22,520 nt of DNA from Clostridia bacterium (GTDB taxonomy: Bacteria > Bacillota > Clostridia > UMGS1883): the NCBI GenBank assembly GCA_051866635.1, contig JBJDXJ010000002.1, positions 1 through 22,520 on the forward strand. Direction: 5' to 3'. Shown here one piece after another: positions 8,953 through 16,464 of the stretch. A program made the position numbers and the translations under genes. The notes beneath the pieces are model-generated. The model worked only from the letters and a program-made list of their open reading frames with translations, made no database searches and was not told the DNA's origin. The first letter of the stretch is position 1. Every line of letters starts with the position of its first letter.

Positions 8953-9267
8953 ATGTTACAGGTTAATTCCAAAAGTTTTCAGGATGAAGTATTAAATTCT
9001 CCCATTCCCGTTGTGGTGGACTTTTTTGCCACATGGTGCGGTCCCTGCAGAATGTTAGCCCCCGTTCTTGAGTCTGTGTCGGAGGATTATGAGGGCAAGG
9101 TGAAATTCGTAAAACTTGACGTTGATGAGGCAGAGGATATTGCAAGGGATTATTCAATTATGAGTATTCCCACCATCATTATTTTCAAAAACGGTGAAGA
9201 AGCGGCAAAGACAGTTGGTGCGTTAGGTTTCGAAGAGCTTACCGACTGGATTGACGGAAATATATAA
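8953..9267 (+). CDS. trxA: Thioredoxin
   Basis: DFFATWCGPC active site, SIPT cis-Pro motif, 104 aa. Confidence 0.95.
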   Translation: MLQVNSKSFQDEVLNSPIPVVVDFFATWCGPCRMLAPVLESVSEDYEGKVKFVKLDVDEAEDIARDYSIMSIPTIIIFKNGEEAAKTVGALGFEELTDWIDGNI

Positions 9268-9279
9268 GGAGCAATGAGA

Positions 9280-10227
9280 ATGAAAAGAGTTTTTTCTATC
9301 ATACTTGCATTTATGCTTGCCGTGGCACTTACTGCCTGCGGTGGCACAAATGCTACATACACGGTTGGCATACTTGAGTACTCATCCCACGAAGCACAAT
9401 CACTTGTAATACAAGGTTTTTGCGATGTCCTTACAGAAAAGCTTGGCGATGATATTTCCTTTATCAGCCAGCATGCATCGGGAGATGCAAATTTCGCAAC
9501 ACTTATCGCAAACAATTTTGTAACAAAAAATGTTGACCTTATTTTGGCAGACAACACACAATCATTACAGATTGCCGCCGCCGCAACTGATACAATTCCC
9601 ATATTGGGCGGAGCCGTTACAAACTATTCAGAGGCACTGGGCATAAACTTTTCAGGTTCTTCAACAGGTATAAATGTTTCCGGCACAAGTGACCTTGCAC
9701 CTTTGAACAGACAAGCCGAAATGATAACAGAGCTTTTCCCCGAAGCAAAAAATGTTGGTCTTATATACTGTTCATCAGAGGTTAACTCTCTCTATCAGGT
9801 AAATACAATTCAGCAGTACCTTCTGACAAAAGGTATAAACGGTGTTGAATTTACTTTTACAGATTCAAACGACCTTGCATCTGCAGTTACTGCGGCATGT
9901 GAATTTTCGGATGTTATATATCTTCCTACAGACAACACAATTGCCGAATGTGCCGGCATTATAGGCGATATATGTCTCAATTTCCTTGTGCCTGTTATTG
10001 CAGGGGAAGAAGGCATTTGTGCCTCCTGCGGTCTGGCAACGCTTTCCATTGATTACTATGAGCTGGGCAGACAAACAGGCGAAATGGCTTACCTTATCTT
10101 AAAAGAAGGTGCATCTGTTTCAGATATGCCCATAAAGCACGACGACAATGCAACTAAAATGTATAACAGGGCTATTGCAGCCGATTTAGGCGTTACAATT
10201 CCTGATGACTATATCCCAATTGAATAA
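9280..10227 (+). CDS. ABC transporter substrate-binding lipoprotein (ABC_sub_bind/TrpX-like), divergent paralog
   Basis: Lipobox ALTAC, NVSGTSDLAP, IYLPTDNT, SIDYYELG; start probably ATG 9280 (AAGGAG RBS) rather than 9274. Confidence 0.85.
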   Translation: MKRVFSIILAFMLAVALTACGGTNATYTVGILEYSSHEAQSLVIQGFCDVLTEKLGDDISFISQHASGDANFATLIANNFVTKNVDLILADNTQSLQIAAAATDTIPILGGAVTNYSEALGINFSGSSTGINVSGTSDLAPLNRQAEMITELFPEAKNVGLIYCSSEVNSLYQVNTIQQYLLTKGINGVEFTFTDSNDLASAVTAACEFSDVIYLPTDNTIAECAGIIGDICLNFLVPVIAGEEGICASCGLATLSIDYYELGRQTGEMAYLILKEGASVSDMPIKHDDNATKMYNRAIAADLGVTIPDDYIPIE

Positions 10228-10287
10228 TAATTTATACAATATTTTTCCTTTCTTCCAACTTTTTTTGTGAATTTTGCCATTAAAATA

Positions 10288-10316
10288 TTGACATTTTTAT
10301 CCGAAAGTTTTATACT
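10288..10316 (+). promoter_or_regulatory. sigmaA promoter of the ABC transporter operon
   Basis: TTGACA-17-TATACT. Confidence 0.72.
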
Positions 10317-10349
10317 AATTCTATCATTTATTCAAAGGAGTAGATTATT

Positions 10350-11339
10350 ATGAAAAAGTTTTTTGCACTTGCAACTGCCGCAGTAATGGCATTGTCCATG
10401 GCAGCTTGCTCTCCCGCAAAGGAGGAAACTATTGCACCCACCGATCCCACTGAAGCAGTTGAAGAAGTTTACACAGTAGGTATCTGCCAGCTCGTTCAGC
10501 ACGTAGCTCTTGATGCCGCTACTCAGGGCTTTTGCGATGTACTTACAGAAAAGCTCGGTGACCGCGTAGTATTTGATGAACAGAATGCTTCCGGTGACAC
10601 TGCAGTATGTTCCACAATCGTTAACAAGTTCGTTTCCGACAAGGTTGACCTTATCCTTGCAAATGCTACACCTGCACTTCAGGCTGCAGCTTCCGCTACT
10701 TTCGAAATTCCCATTCTCGGCACATCCGTTACAGAATACGGTGTTGCTCTCGGTATCGAAAACTTTGACGGTGTTGTAGGCGGCAACATTTCCGGTACAA
10801 GCGACCTTGCACCTCTTGACCAGCAGGCTGATATGATTGTTGAGCTCTTCCCCGAAGCTAAGAAGGTTGCTCTTCTTTATTGCTCCGCTGAAGCTAACTC
10901 TCAGTATCAGGTTGACGAAGTTGCAAAGTACCTTGCTGAAAAAGGTCTTGAATCTCAGATGTTTGCATTTGCTGACTCCAACGACTTGGCTCAGGTTACA
11001 GAAGCCGCTTGTGCATACGCTGACGTTATCTATGCTCCCACAGACAACACAGTAGCATCCTCCACAGGCGTTATCGACGGTATCTGCCGTGCTAAGAAAG
11101 TTCCCGTTATTGCAGGTGAAGAAGGTATTTGTGTAGGTTGCGGTGTTGCAACACTTTCCATTGATTACTACAAGCTTGGTAGAGTTACAGGCGAACAGGC
11201 TTACAGAATTCTCGTTGAAGGCGAAGACATTTCCACAATGGCTATCGAATACGACAAGGACGTTGTTAAGAAGTATAACGCTGAAATCTGTGAAGAACTC
11301 GGTATAGAAGTTCCTGAAGATTACGTAGCAGTCGAATAA
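10350..11339 (+). CDS. ABC transporter substrate-binding lipoprotein (ABC_sub_bind/TrpX-like)
   Basis: Lipobox SMAAC, VGICQLVQHVALDAA.QGF, NISGTSDLAP, PTDNT; AAGGAG RBS; strongly biased codon usage. Confidence 0.9.
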   Translation: MKKFFALATAAVMALSMAACSPAKEETIAPTDPTEAVEEVYTVGICQLVQHVALDAATQGFCDVLTEKLGDRVVFDEQNASGDTAVCSTIVNKFVSDKVDLILANATPALQAAASATFEIPILGTSVTEYGVALGIENFDGVVGGNISGTSDLAPLDQQADMIVELFPEAKKVALLYCSAEANSQYQVDEVAKYLAEKGLESQMFAFADSNDLAQVTEAACAYADVIYAPTDNTVASSTGVIDGICRAKKVPVIAGEEGICVGCGVATLSIDYYKLGRVTGEQAYRILVEGEDISTMAIEYDKDVVKKYNAEICEELGIEVPEDYVAVE

Positions 11340-11353
11340 GATTTGCGATAAGT

Positions 11354-11389
11354 ATAAAACCGTTGGGCAAATCTGCCCAACGGTTTTAT
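11354..11389 (+). terminator. Intra-operon stem-loop (mRNA stabiliser or partial terminator)
   Basis: Perfect 16-bp arms ATAAAACCGTTGGGCA-AATC-TGCCCAACGGTTTTAT between SBP and permease. Confidence 0.75.
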
Positions 11390-11415
11390 CAGTATTATTA
11401 ACAAGGAGTTTTATA

Positions 11416-12342
11416 ATGTCAGTTTTATTTAGTATCATAAACTCTCTTCCCGGTGCCATTGCCCAGGGTCTTATATGGGGCATTATGGCCATTGGTCTTT
11501 ACATAACTTATTCAATATTGAAAGTATCTGACCTTACGGTAGACGGCAGTATATGTACCGGTGCCGCAGTTTGCGTAATGCTTACACTAAACGGCGTTCC
11601 GATTCCTCTTGCAATGATTTGTGCTTTTATTGCAGGCATGCTTGCCGGTTTTGTAACAGGCATTTTCCATACTTTTATGGGCATTCCCGCAATTCTGGCA
11701 GGTATTTTAACCCAGCTTTCTCTTTATTCAGTAAACTTGAAAATTATGGGCAAAGCAAATCAGGCTTTAAGTGTCCGTATATATGATTTGCTTGTTTCTC
11801 TTCAATATATTAAGAATGTTCCCTTCTGGAAGAACTCAATTTTTGTTGTGGCAATTTTTGTAGTTGTGCTTATTGCATTTCTTTACTGGTTCTTTGGCAC
11901 AGAATACGGCTGTTCCCTTCGAGCAACAGGTTCTAATCTTAACATGAGCCGTGCACAGGGTATAAACACAAGTTTTAACACTGTTATCGGTCTTATGATT
12001 TCAAACGGCATCGTGGCACTTTCCGGTGCACTTCTTGCCCAGTATCAGGGCTTTGCCGATGTTTCAATGGGTCGTGGTGCAATCGTTATAGGACTTGCGG
12101 CAATTATCATAGGCAACGCAATTTTCGGCAAAATGTTTAAAAACTTTGCATTGAAACTTTTTGCAGTTGCTTTAGGTGGCGTTACTTATTACGTAGTTTA
12201 CCAGATTGTTATCTGTATGGGTATAGACCCCGACCTTTTAAAGCTCCTTTCCGCAGTAGTTGTTGCAATTTTCCTTGCAACTCCTCACTGGAAGAGTACA
12301 TACTTCACAAAAGCGAAGAAGGGGGCAAGAGATAATGCTTGA
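11416..12342 (+). CDS. ABC transporter permease (BPD_transp_2 family)
   Basis: DLTVDGS, IPAILAGIL, LRATGSN, QYQGFADVSMGRG motifs; hydrophobic. Confidence 0.9.
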   Translation: MSVLFSIINSLPGAIAQGLIWGIMAIGLYITYSILKVSDLTVDGSICTGAAVCVMLTLNGVPIPLAMICAFIAGMLAGFVTGIFHTFMGIPAILAGILTQLSLYSVNLKIMGKANQALSVRIYDLLVSLQYIKNVPFWKNSIFVVAIFVVVLIAFLYWFFGTEYGCSLRATGSNLNMSRAQGINTSFNTVIGLMISNGIVALSGALLAQYQGFADVSMGRGAIVIGLAAIIIGNAIFGKMFKNFALKLFAVALGGVTYYVVYQIVICMGIDPDLLKLLSAVVVAIFLATPHWKSTYFTKAKKGARDNA

Positions 12343-13132
12343 AATTAAAAATGTCTATAAAACATTTAACCCCGGCACAATTAACGAAAAGGTTGCCCTT
12401 AATAATCTTAACCTCACACTTAACGACGGTGACTTTGTAACGGTTATCGGCGGTAACGGTGCCGGAAAAAGTACAATGCTTAACGCCGTTTCAGGCGTGT
12501 GGAAGGTTGACGAAGGCTCAATTCTTATTGACGGTATTGATGTTACTCAAATGCCTGAGCATAAGCGTGCACGCTTCTTGGGTCGTGTTTTCCAGGACCC
12601 CATGTTCGGCACAGCCCCTGATATGAGTATTCAGGAAAATATGGCTCTGGCACTTCGCCGTGGCAAAAGACGCGGTTTGGGATGGGGAATTACAGAAAAG
12701 GAAAAAGCACAGTTTAAGGAAGCTCTTAAAACCTTGGAATTAGGTCTTGAAACACGTGTTACAAGTAAAGTGGGACTTCTTTCAGGCGGTCAAAGACAGG
12801 CAGTTACCCTTCTTATGGCAACACTTCAAAAGCCTAAGCTTCTCCTTTTGGATGAACACACAGCGGCACTTGACCCTAAAACTGCCGCAAAGGTTTTGGA
12901 ATTGTCTGAAATGATTATTGAAAAAGATAATCTTACAGCATTGATGATTACTCACAACATGAAGGACGCAATCCGTTACGGTAACCGCCTTATTATGATG
13001 CACGAGGGTCATATAATATTCGATGTGTCAGGCGAAGAAAAGAAAAACCTTACAATAGAAGAGCTTGTTGCAAAATTCTCAACTGCATCAGGTGAGGAAT
13101 TTGCTAACGACAGAGCGTTGTTATCTAAATAA
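12335..13132 (+). CDS. ABC transporter ATP-binding protein
   Basis: GGNGAGKST, LSGGQRQ, LLLLDEHTAALDP; start ATG 12335 (MLEIKNVYK) overlapping the permease end. Confidence 0.93.
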   Translation: MLEIKNVYKTFNPGTINEKVALNNLNLTLNDGDFVTVIGGNGAGKSTMLNAVSGVWKVDEGSILIDGIDVTQMPEHKRARFLGRVFQDPMFGTAPDMSIQENMALALRRGKRRGLGWGITEKEKAQFKEALKTLELGLETRVTSKVGLLSGGQRQAVTLLMATLQKPKLLLLDEHTAALDPKTAAKVLELSEMIIEKDNLTALMITHNMKDAIRYGNRLIMMHEGHIIFDVSGEEKKNLTIEELVAKFSTASGEEFANDRALLSK

Positions 13133-13286
13133 ACAAAAAAAGGGGCTTAAAAAAAGTCCACACTGATATAACAAAAAGACCATTTTGTGGCTGTCCCAAC
13201 AAAACCTCGCAAGGTTTCTTTGGGACAGTCCCAAATGGTCTTAATTATTTCTTTAGAGACTTTTTTACAGTCTCTTTTTTGTTTAT
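13129..13286. repeat. Nested imperfect palindrome (MITE/IS-remnant-like) between convergent genes
   Basis: Four concentric arm pairs: 13129-13158/13258-13286, 13176-13185/13233-13242, 13191-13199/13220-13228, 13202-13207/13212-13217. Confidence 0.7.
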
Positions 13287-13990
13287 CCCACTATTTTATC
13301 TATAACTGCACACATTTCTGCCCTTGTTATAAATGCATCGGGGCGGAAAGTATTATCCTCATATCCTGTTACAATGCCCTTATCAAAAAGCCTTTCAATG
13401 ACATTCTCTGCCCAGTGACCTTCTATATCAGAAAAGCATTTATCCCCTTCAAGTAAGCTTTTTACCCTTTCTTTAAAGGCGATAAACTCCCCTTCGTTAC
13501 TAACCCACTGTGCAGGGCAGTTTTTATGGGTCACATCGTAGTGACGTATAACAAAGGTGTCAACTTCATTTTTGCCTATGCCTATCATTTTGCAAATCTC
13601 CGCACAAAGAAAAGCGGCATTACTTTGTGTTTTTTCGCTTACCGTGTAATTATTTTCGCAGCACATTTCAATACCGACGGAATTTTCGTTTCGTGCCAAA
13701 GAATAATAGGTTCCATTTGTACCGGCATGCCATGCTTTGTTTTTTATTTCAACTGACTGGTAAATGCTTTCATCATCCACAAAATAATGTGCCGAAGAAG
13801 ACAGACTGTTATTCTTAAAATACTTTGCATTATTAACTGCCTTATCTTTACTGTTTCCCGTGTAGTGCATCACCACATAGGAAATATTCCGTCCCTCTTT
13901 AACGGTGCAGTTTTTATTTTGAATATATTCTGTGTTAACCTCTATCCCCCCTGCCTTTTTTACAGGGCAAGTCTCACTGATATATTTCAT
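13283..13990 (-). CDS. N-acetylmuramoyl-L-alanine amidase (Amidase_2) with a C-terminal SLH domain
   Basis: VVMHYTGN, SAHYFVD, AWHAG, SVGIEMC, RHYDVTHKNCP; SLH FSDIEGHWA...GIVTGYEDNTFRPDAFITRAE; AAGGAGG RBS. Confidence 0.88.
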   Translation of the reverse strand: MKYISETCPVKKAGGIEVNTEYIQNKNCTVKEGRNISYVVMHYTGNSKDKAVNNAKYFKNNSLSSSAHYFVDDESIYQSVEIKNKAWHAGTNGTYYSLARNENSVGIEMCCENNYTVSEKTQSNAAFLCAEICKMIGIGKNEVDTFVIRHYDVTHKNCPAQWVSNEGEFIAFKERVKSLLEGDKCFSDIEGHWAENVIERLFDKGIVTGYEDNTFRPDAFITRAEMCAVIDKIVG

Positions 13991-14109
13991 CTACATCCTC
14001 CTTTTTATAAATTTCTCCCCAATTATACCATGAAAATGGAATATATAGAAGCTTATTAAGCCACATTGCCACCATAGGAAAAAAAATGACATAATTTTAT
14101 ACTATTTAC

Positions 14110-14137
14110 TTGATTTTTACAAAAAAGGTGATAAAAT
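14110..14137 (+). promoter_or_regulatory. Putative sigmaA promoter of the MFS gene
   Basis: TTGATT-16-TAAAAT with extended -10 TG. Confidence 0.5.
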
Positions 14138-14179
14138 ATATAGGGTTTCTTCAGAAATTTTCTATGAAAGGTTGATATT

Positions 14180-15493
14180 ATGGCTAACAACAATGCGGGC
14201 AATTGGCGGGAAAACAAGTGGTTCAGAGCCGCTATTCCTGCACTGCTTCTTCACTGCAGTATAGGTACTGTTTACTGCTGGTCTCTTTTCAGTGAACAGA
14301 TTGGTAACCACATCGGTTTTTCAAAGGGTGCTACAGAATGGGCGTTCAGTTTCGCAATTTTCTTCCTTGGTATGTCTGCTGCATTCTTAGGTAACCTTGT
14401 TGAAAAAGACATTCATAAATCCTCCTTAATTGCCGCACTCTGTTTTGCAGGCGGTATGGCAGGTACGGGCTTCTTTATTTGGTACGGTGGCAACCACCCA
14501 AAAAGCCTTGTTTCTCTTATCGGCATATATATTTGCTACGGTTTAATCATGGGCATCGGTTTAGGTACAGGCTATCTTTCTCCCGTTAAAACACTTATGC
14601 TGTGGTTTAATGACCGGAAGGGCTTGGCGACAGGTTTGGCAGTTGCAGGCTTCGGTGCCGCAAAGGCCATTGCAAGCCCCATAATGGAAGGCATGCTTTC
14701 AGGATTGGGCGACGGTGCAATATATAAAATGTTCTGGATTTTAGCAGCTGTTTATTTTGTAATGATGTTTGTGGGCCATCTTCTTTTAAAGAAGCCTTCA
14801 GATTGGCACGAACCCACAAACAAGGAAGAAAAGAAGAGTATTTTAAGCGTTCTTAAGCTCAGACCCATGACTAACTATATCGGTATCTGGCTTATGTTCT
14901 ACCTTAACATCACTTGCGGTCTTGCTCTTATCAGCCAGGAAAAGTACATTTTCAAATGTCTCGGTCTTGCAAGCATTGTAGGTATACTTTCCACATGCTC
15001 CGCAATATTTAACGCAGGCGGCAGACTTGGCTTGTCCGCTGCGGCAGATAAGCTCCGTGACCGTAACACAATATTTAAGATTATATTTGTTTTCTCCATT
15101 GTGTTTACACTTATTGTAGTAATAACACAGGGTATCACAAACGGTTATGTGGCTTTGGTTGTTGCTCTTATCATGGTTGTCAATGCAGGTTACGGCGGCG
15201 GTTTCAGTAACATTCCCACCCTTCTTTCCGACCATTACGGAATGAGCAATATCAGTGCAATCCATGGTATTACCCTTTCAGCCTGGGCATTTGCCGGTCT
15301 TACAGGCAACCAGCTTGCATCTTGGATTGTATCACATTTTGGACAGGAAGTTGAGCTTCACGGTATTATGGTTAACCCCACAGGCTATCAGACAGTTCTC
15401 TATGTAACACTTGTTTTGTACATAGTATCACTTCTCTTAAGTATGTTCTTTGTTAAAAAGTCAAAGAACACAGGCGAAGTTTCCGAACACTGA
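14180..15493 (+). CDS. MFS transporter, OFA (oxalate/formate antiporter-like) family
   Basis: HCSIGTVYCWS, GIGLGTGYLSPVKTLMLWF, GLATGLAVAGFG, FNAGGRL, YGGGFS.IP, IHGITLSAW; multiple TM segments. Confidence 0.87.
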   Translation: MANNNAGNWRENKWFRAAIPALLLHCSIGTVYCWSLFSEQIGNHIGFSKGATEWAFSFAIFFLGMSAAFLGNLVEKDIHKSSLIAALCFAGGMAGTGFFIWYGGNHPKSLVSLIGIYICYGLIMGIGLGTGYLSPVKTLMLWFNDRKGLATGLAVAGFGAAKAIASPIMEGMLSGLGDGAIYKMFWILAAVYFVMMFVGHLLLKKPSDWHEPTNKEEKKSILSVLKLRPMTNYIGIWLMFYLNITCGLALISQEKYIFKCLGLASIVGILSTCSAIFNAGGRLGLSAAADKLRDRNTIFKIIFVFSIVFTLIVVITQGITNGYVALVVALIMVVNAGYGGGFSNIPTLLSDHYGMSNISAIHGITLSAWAFAGLTGNQLASWIVSHFGQEVELHGIMVNPTGYQTVLYVTLVLYIVSLLLSMFFVKKSKNTGEVSEH

Positions 15494-15513
15494 TTTCTAT
15501 CATTCAAAAATAA

Positions 15514-15544
15514 GGAGTGCGATTACTCGCACTCCCTTTTTTTA
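15514..15544. terminator. Intrinsic terminator between MFS and degV
   Basis: GGAGTGCGA-TTAC-TCGCACTCC followed by a T-tract, with an A-rich run upstream; genes converge. Confidence 0.8.
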
Positions 15545-16396
15545 TTCACCGATAAACAATACACCCAACGTTCCGGGACCGCAATGGCTTGTTACAACAC
15601 TGCCTGCCCTTGTAATAAGAATTTCATCAAATCTTCCCATTTCTTCGAGTGTATTTTTCACCTGATTTATTATTTCCTCGTCACAGCCTGAGTGGGTTAT
15701 AAACACCCTGTCCTTCTTTGCTTTTTCAAGCCATGGACGTAAATCCTCCACATAGTGACTTATAACACTTCTCATTTTGCCACGGTACTTCTTGCCCGGT
15801 TGCATCTTTCCGTCAACAACGCTGATATAAGGGTGCAGTCCCAGCGTGCCGCCTACCATTGCCGCTAAACCACTGCAACGGCCGCCACGGTGAAGATATA
15901 CAAGTGTGTCCACAACAAAGCTTGCACGGACTTTTTTCTTTATACCATTGATATTTTCAACAATTTCCCTTGCCTCCATGCCATTATCTGCCATAATAGC
16001 CGCTTCGATAATTTGTAGACCGATACCTGTGGATAAATTTTCTGAATCAATAACAAACACTCTGTCCTCCTTACCAAGACTCATTGCCGCCATACGCATC
16101 ACATTTGCACAGGAGGACATTGTTTCGGAAATGCAAAAGCAAATTACATCTTTACCGTCCGTAAGGTGCTTTTCCAAAAATTCCTCTGCCTCCATAGGTG
16201 ATAAGGTGGAGGTTTTCGGTGTTTTATTAGTCTTATCTGACCATTCGTAAATCTGCTCCGGTGTAATATCAATTCCGTCGGAATACTGTTCTTCACCTAA
16301 ATGAACATGTAACGGAAAAGTCGCAATATCGTACCTTTCCAACAATTCCTTTGATAAATCACATGTACTGTCTGAAGTAATAACTACTTTTCTCAT
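15542..16396 (-). CDS. DegV family fatty-acid binding protein
   Basis: ITSDSTCDL, PKTS, IDSENLSTG, VDTLVYLHRGGR, SHCGPGTLG; extended -10 TGgTATAAT at 16430-16438. Confidence 0.92.
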   Translation of the reverse strand: MRKVVITSDSTCDLSKELLERYDIATFPLHVHLGEEQYSDGIDITPEQIYEWSDKTNKTPKTSTLSPMEAEEFLEKHLTDGKDVICFCISETMSSCANVMRMAAMSLGKEDRVFVIDSENLSTGIGLQIIEAAIMADNGMEAREIVENINGIKKKVRASFVVDTLVYLHRGGRCSGLAAMVGGTLGLHPYISVVDGKMQPGKKYRGKMRSVISHYVEDLRPWLEKAKKDRVFITHSGCDEEIINQVKNTLEEMGRFDEILITRAGSVVTSHCGPGTLGVLFIGE

Positions 16397-16464
16397 TCGT
16401 CCACGACCTTTCTTGTTCTTTACCCGAATATTATACCATATTTTTTAGTTTCTGTATATATTTT

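Noticed and set aside
10332-11492. 386-aa ORF antisense to the second substrate-binding protein
   Set aside because: Mirror frame of a highly codon-biased gene; no recognisable motifs
12260-12334. N-terminal extension of the ABC ATPase ORF
   Set aside because: Overlaps the permease; family-typical sequence begins at ATG 12335
13187-13456. 89-aa ORF starting within the nested palindrome
   Set aside because: Antisense to the amidase, no RBS, no transposase-like motifs
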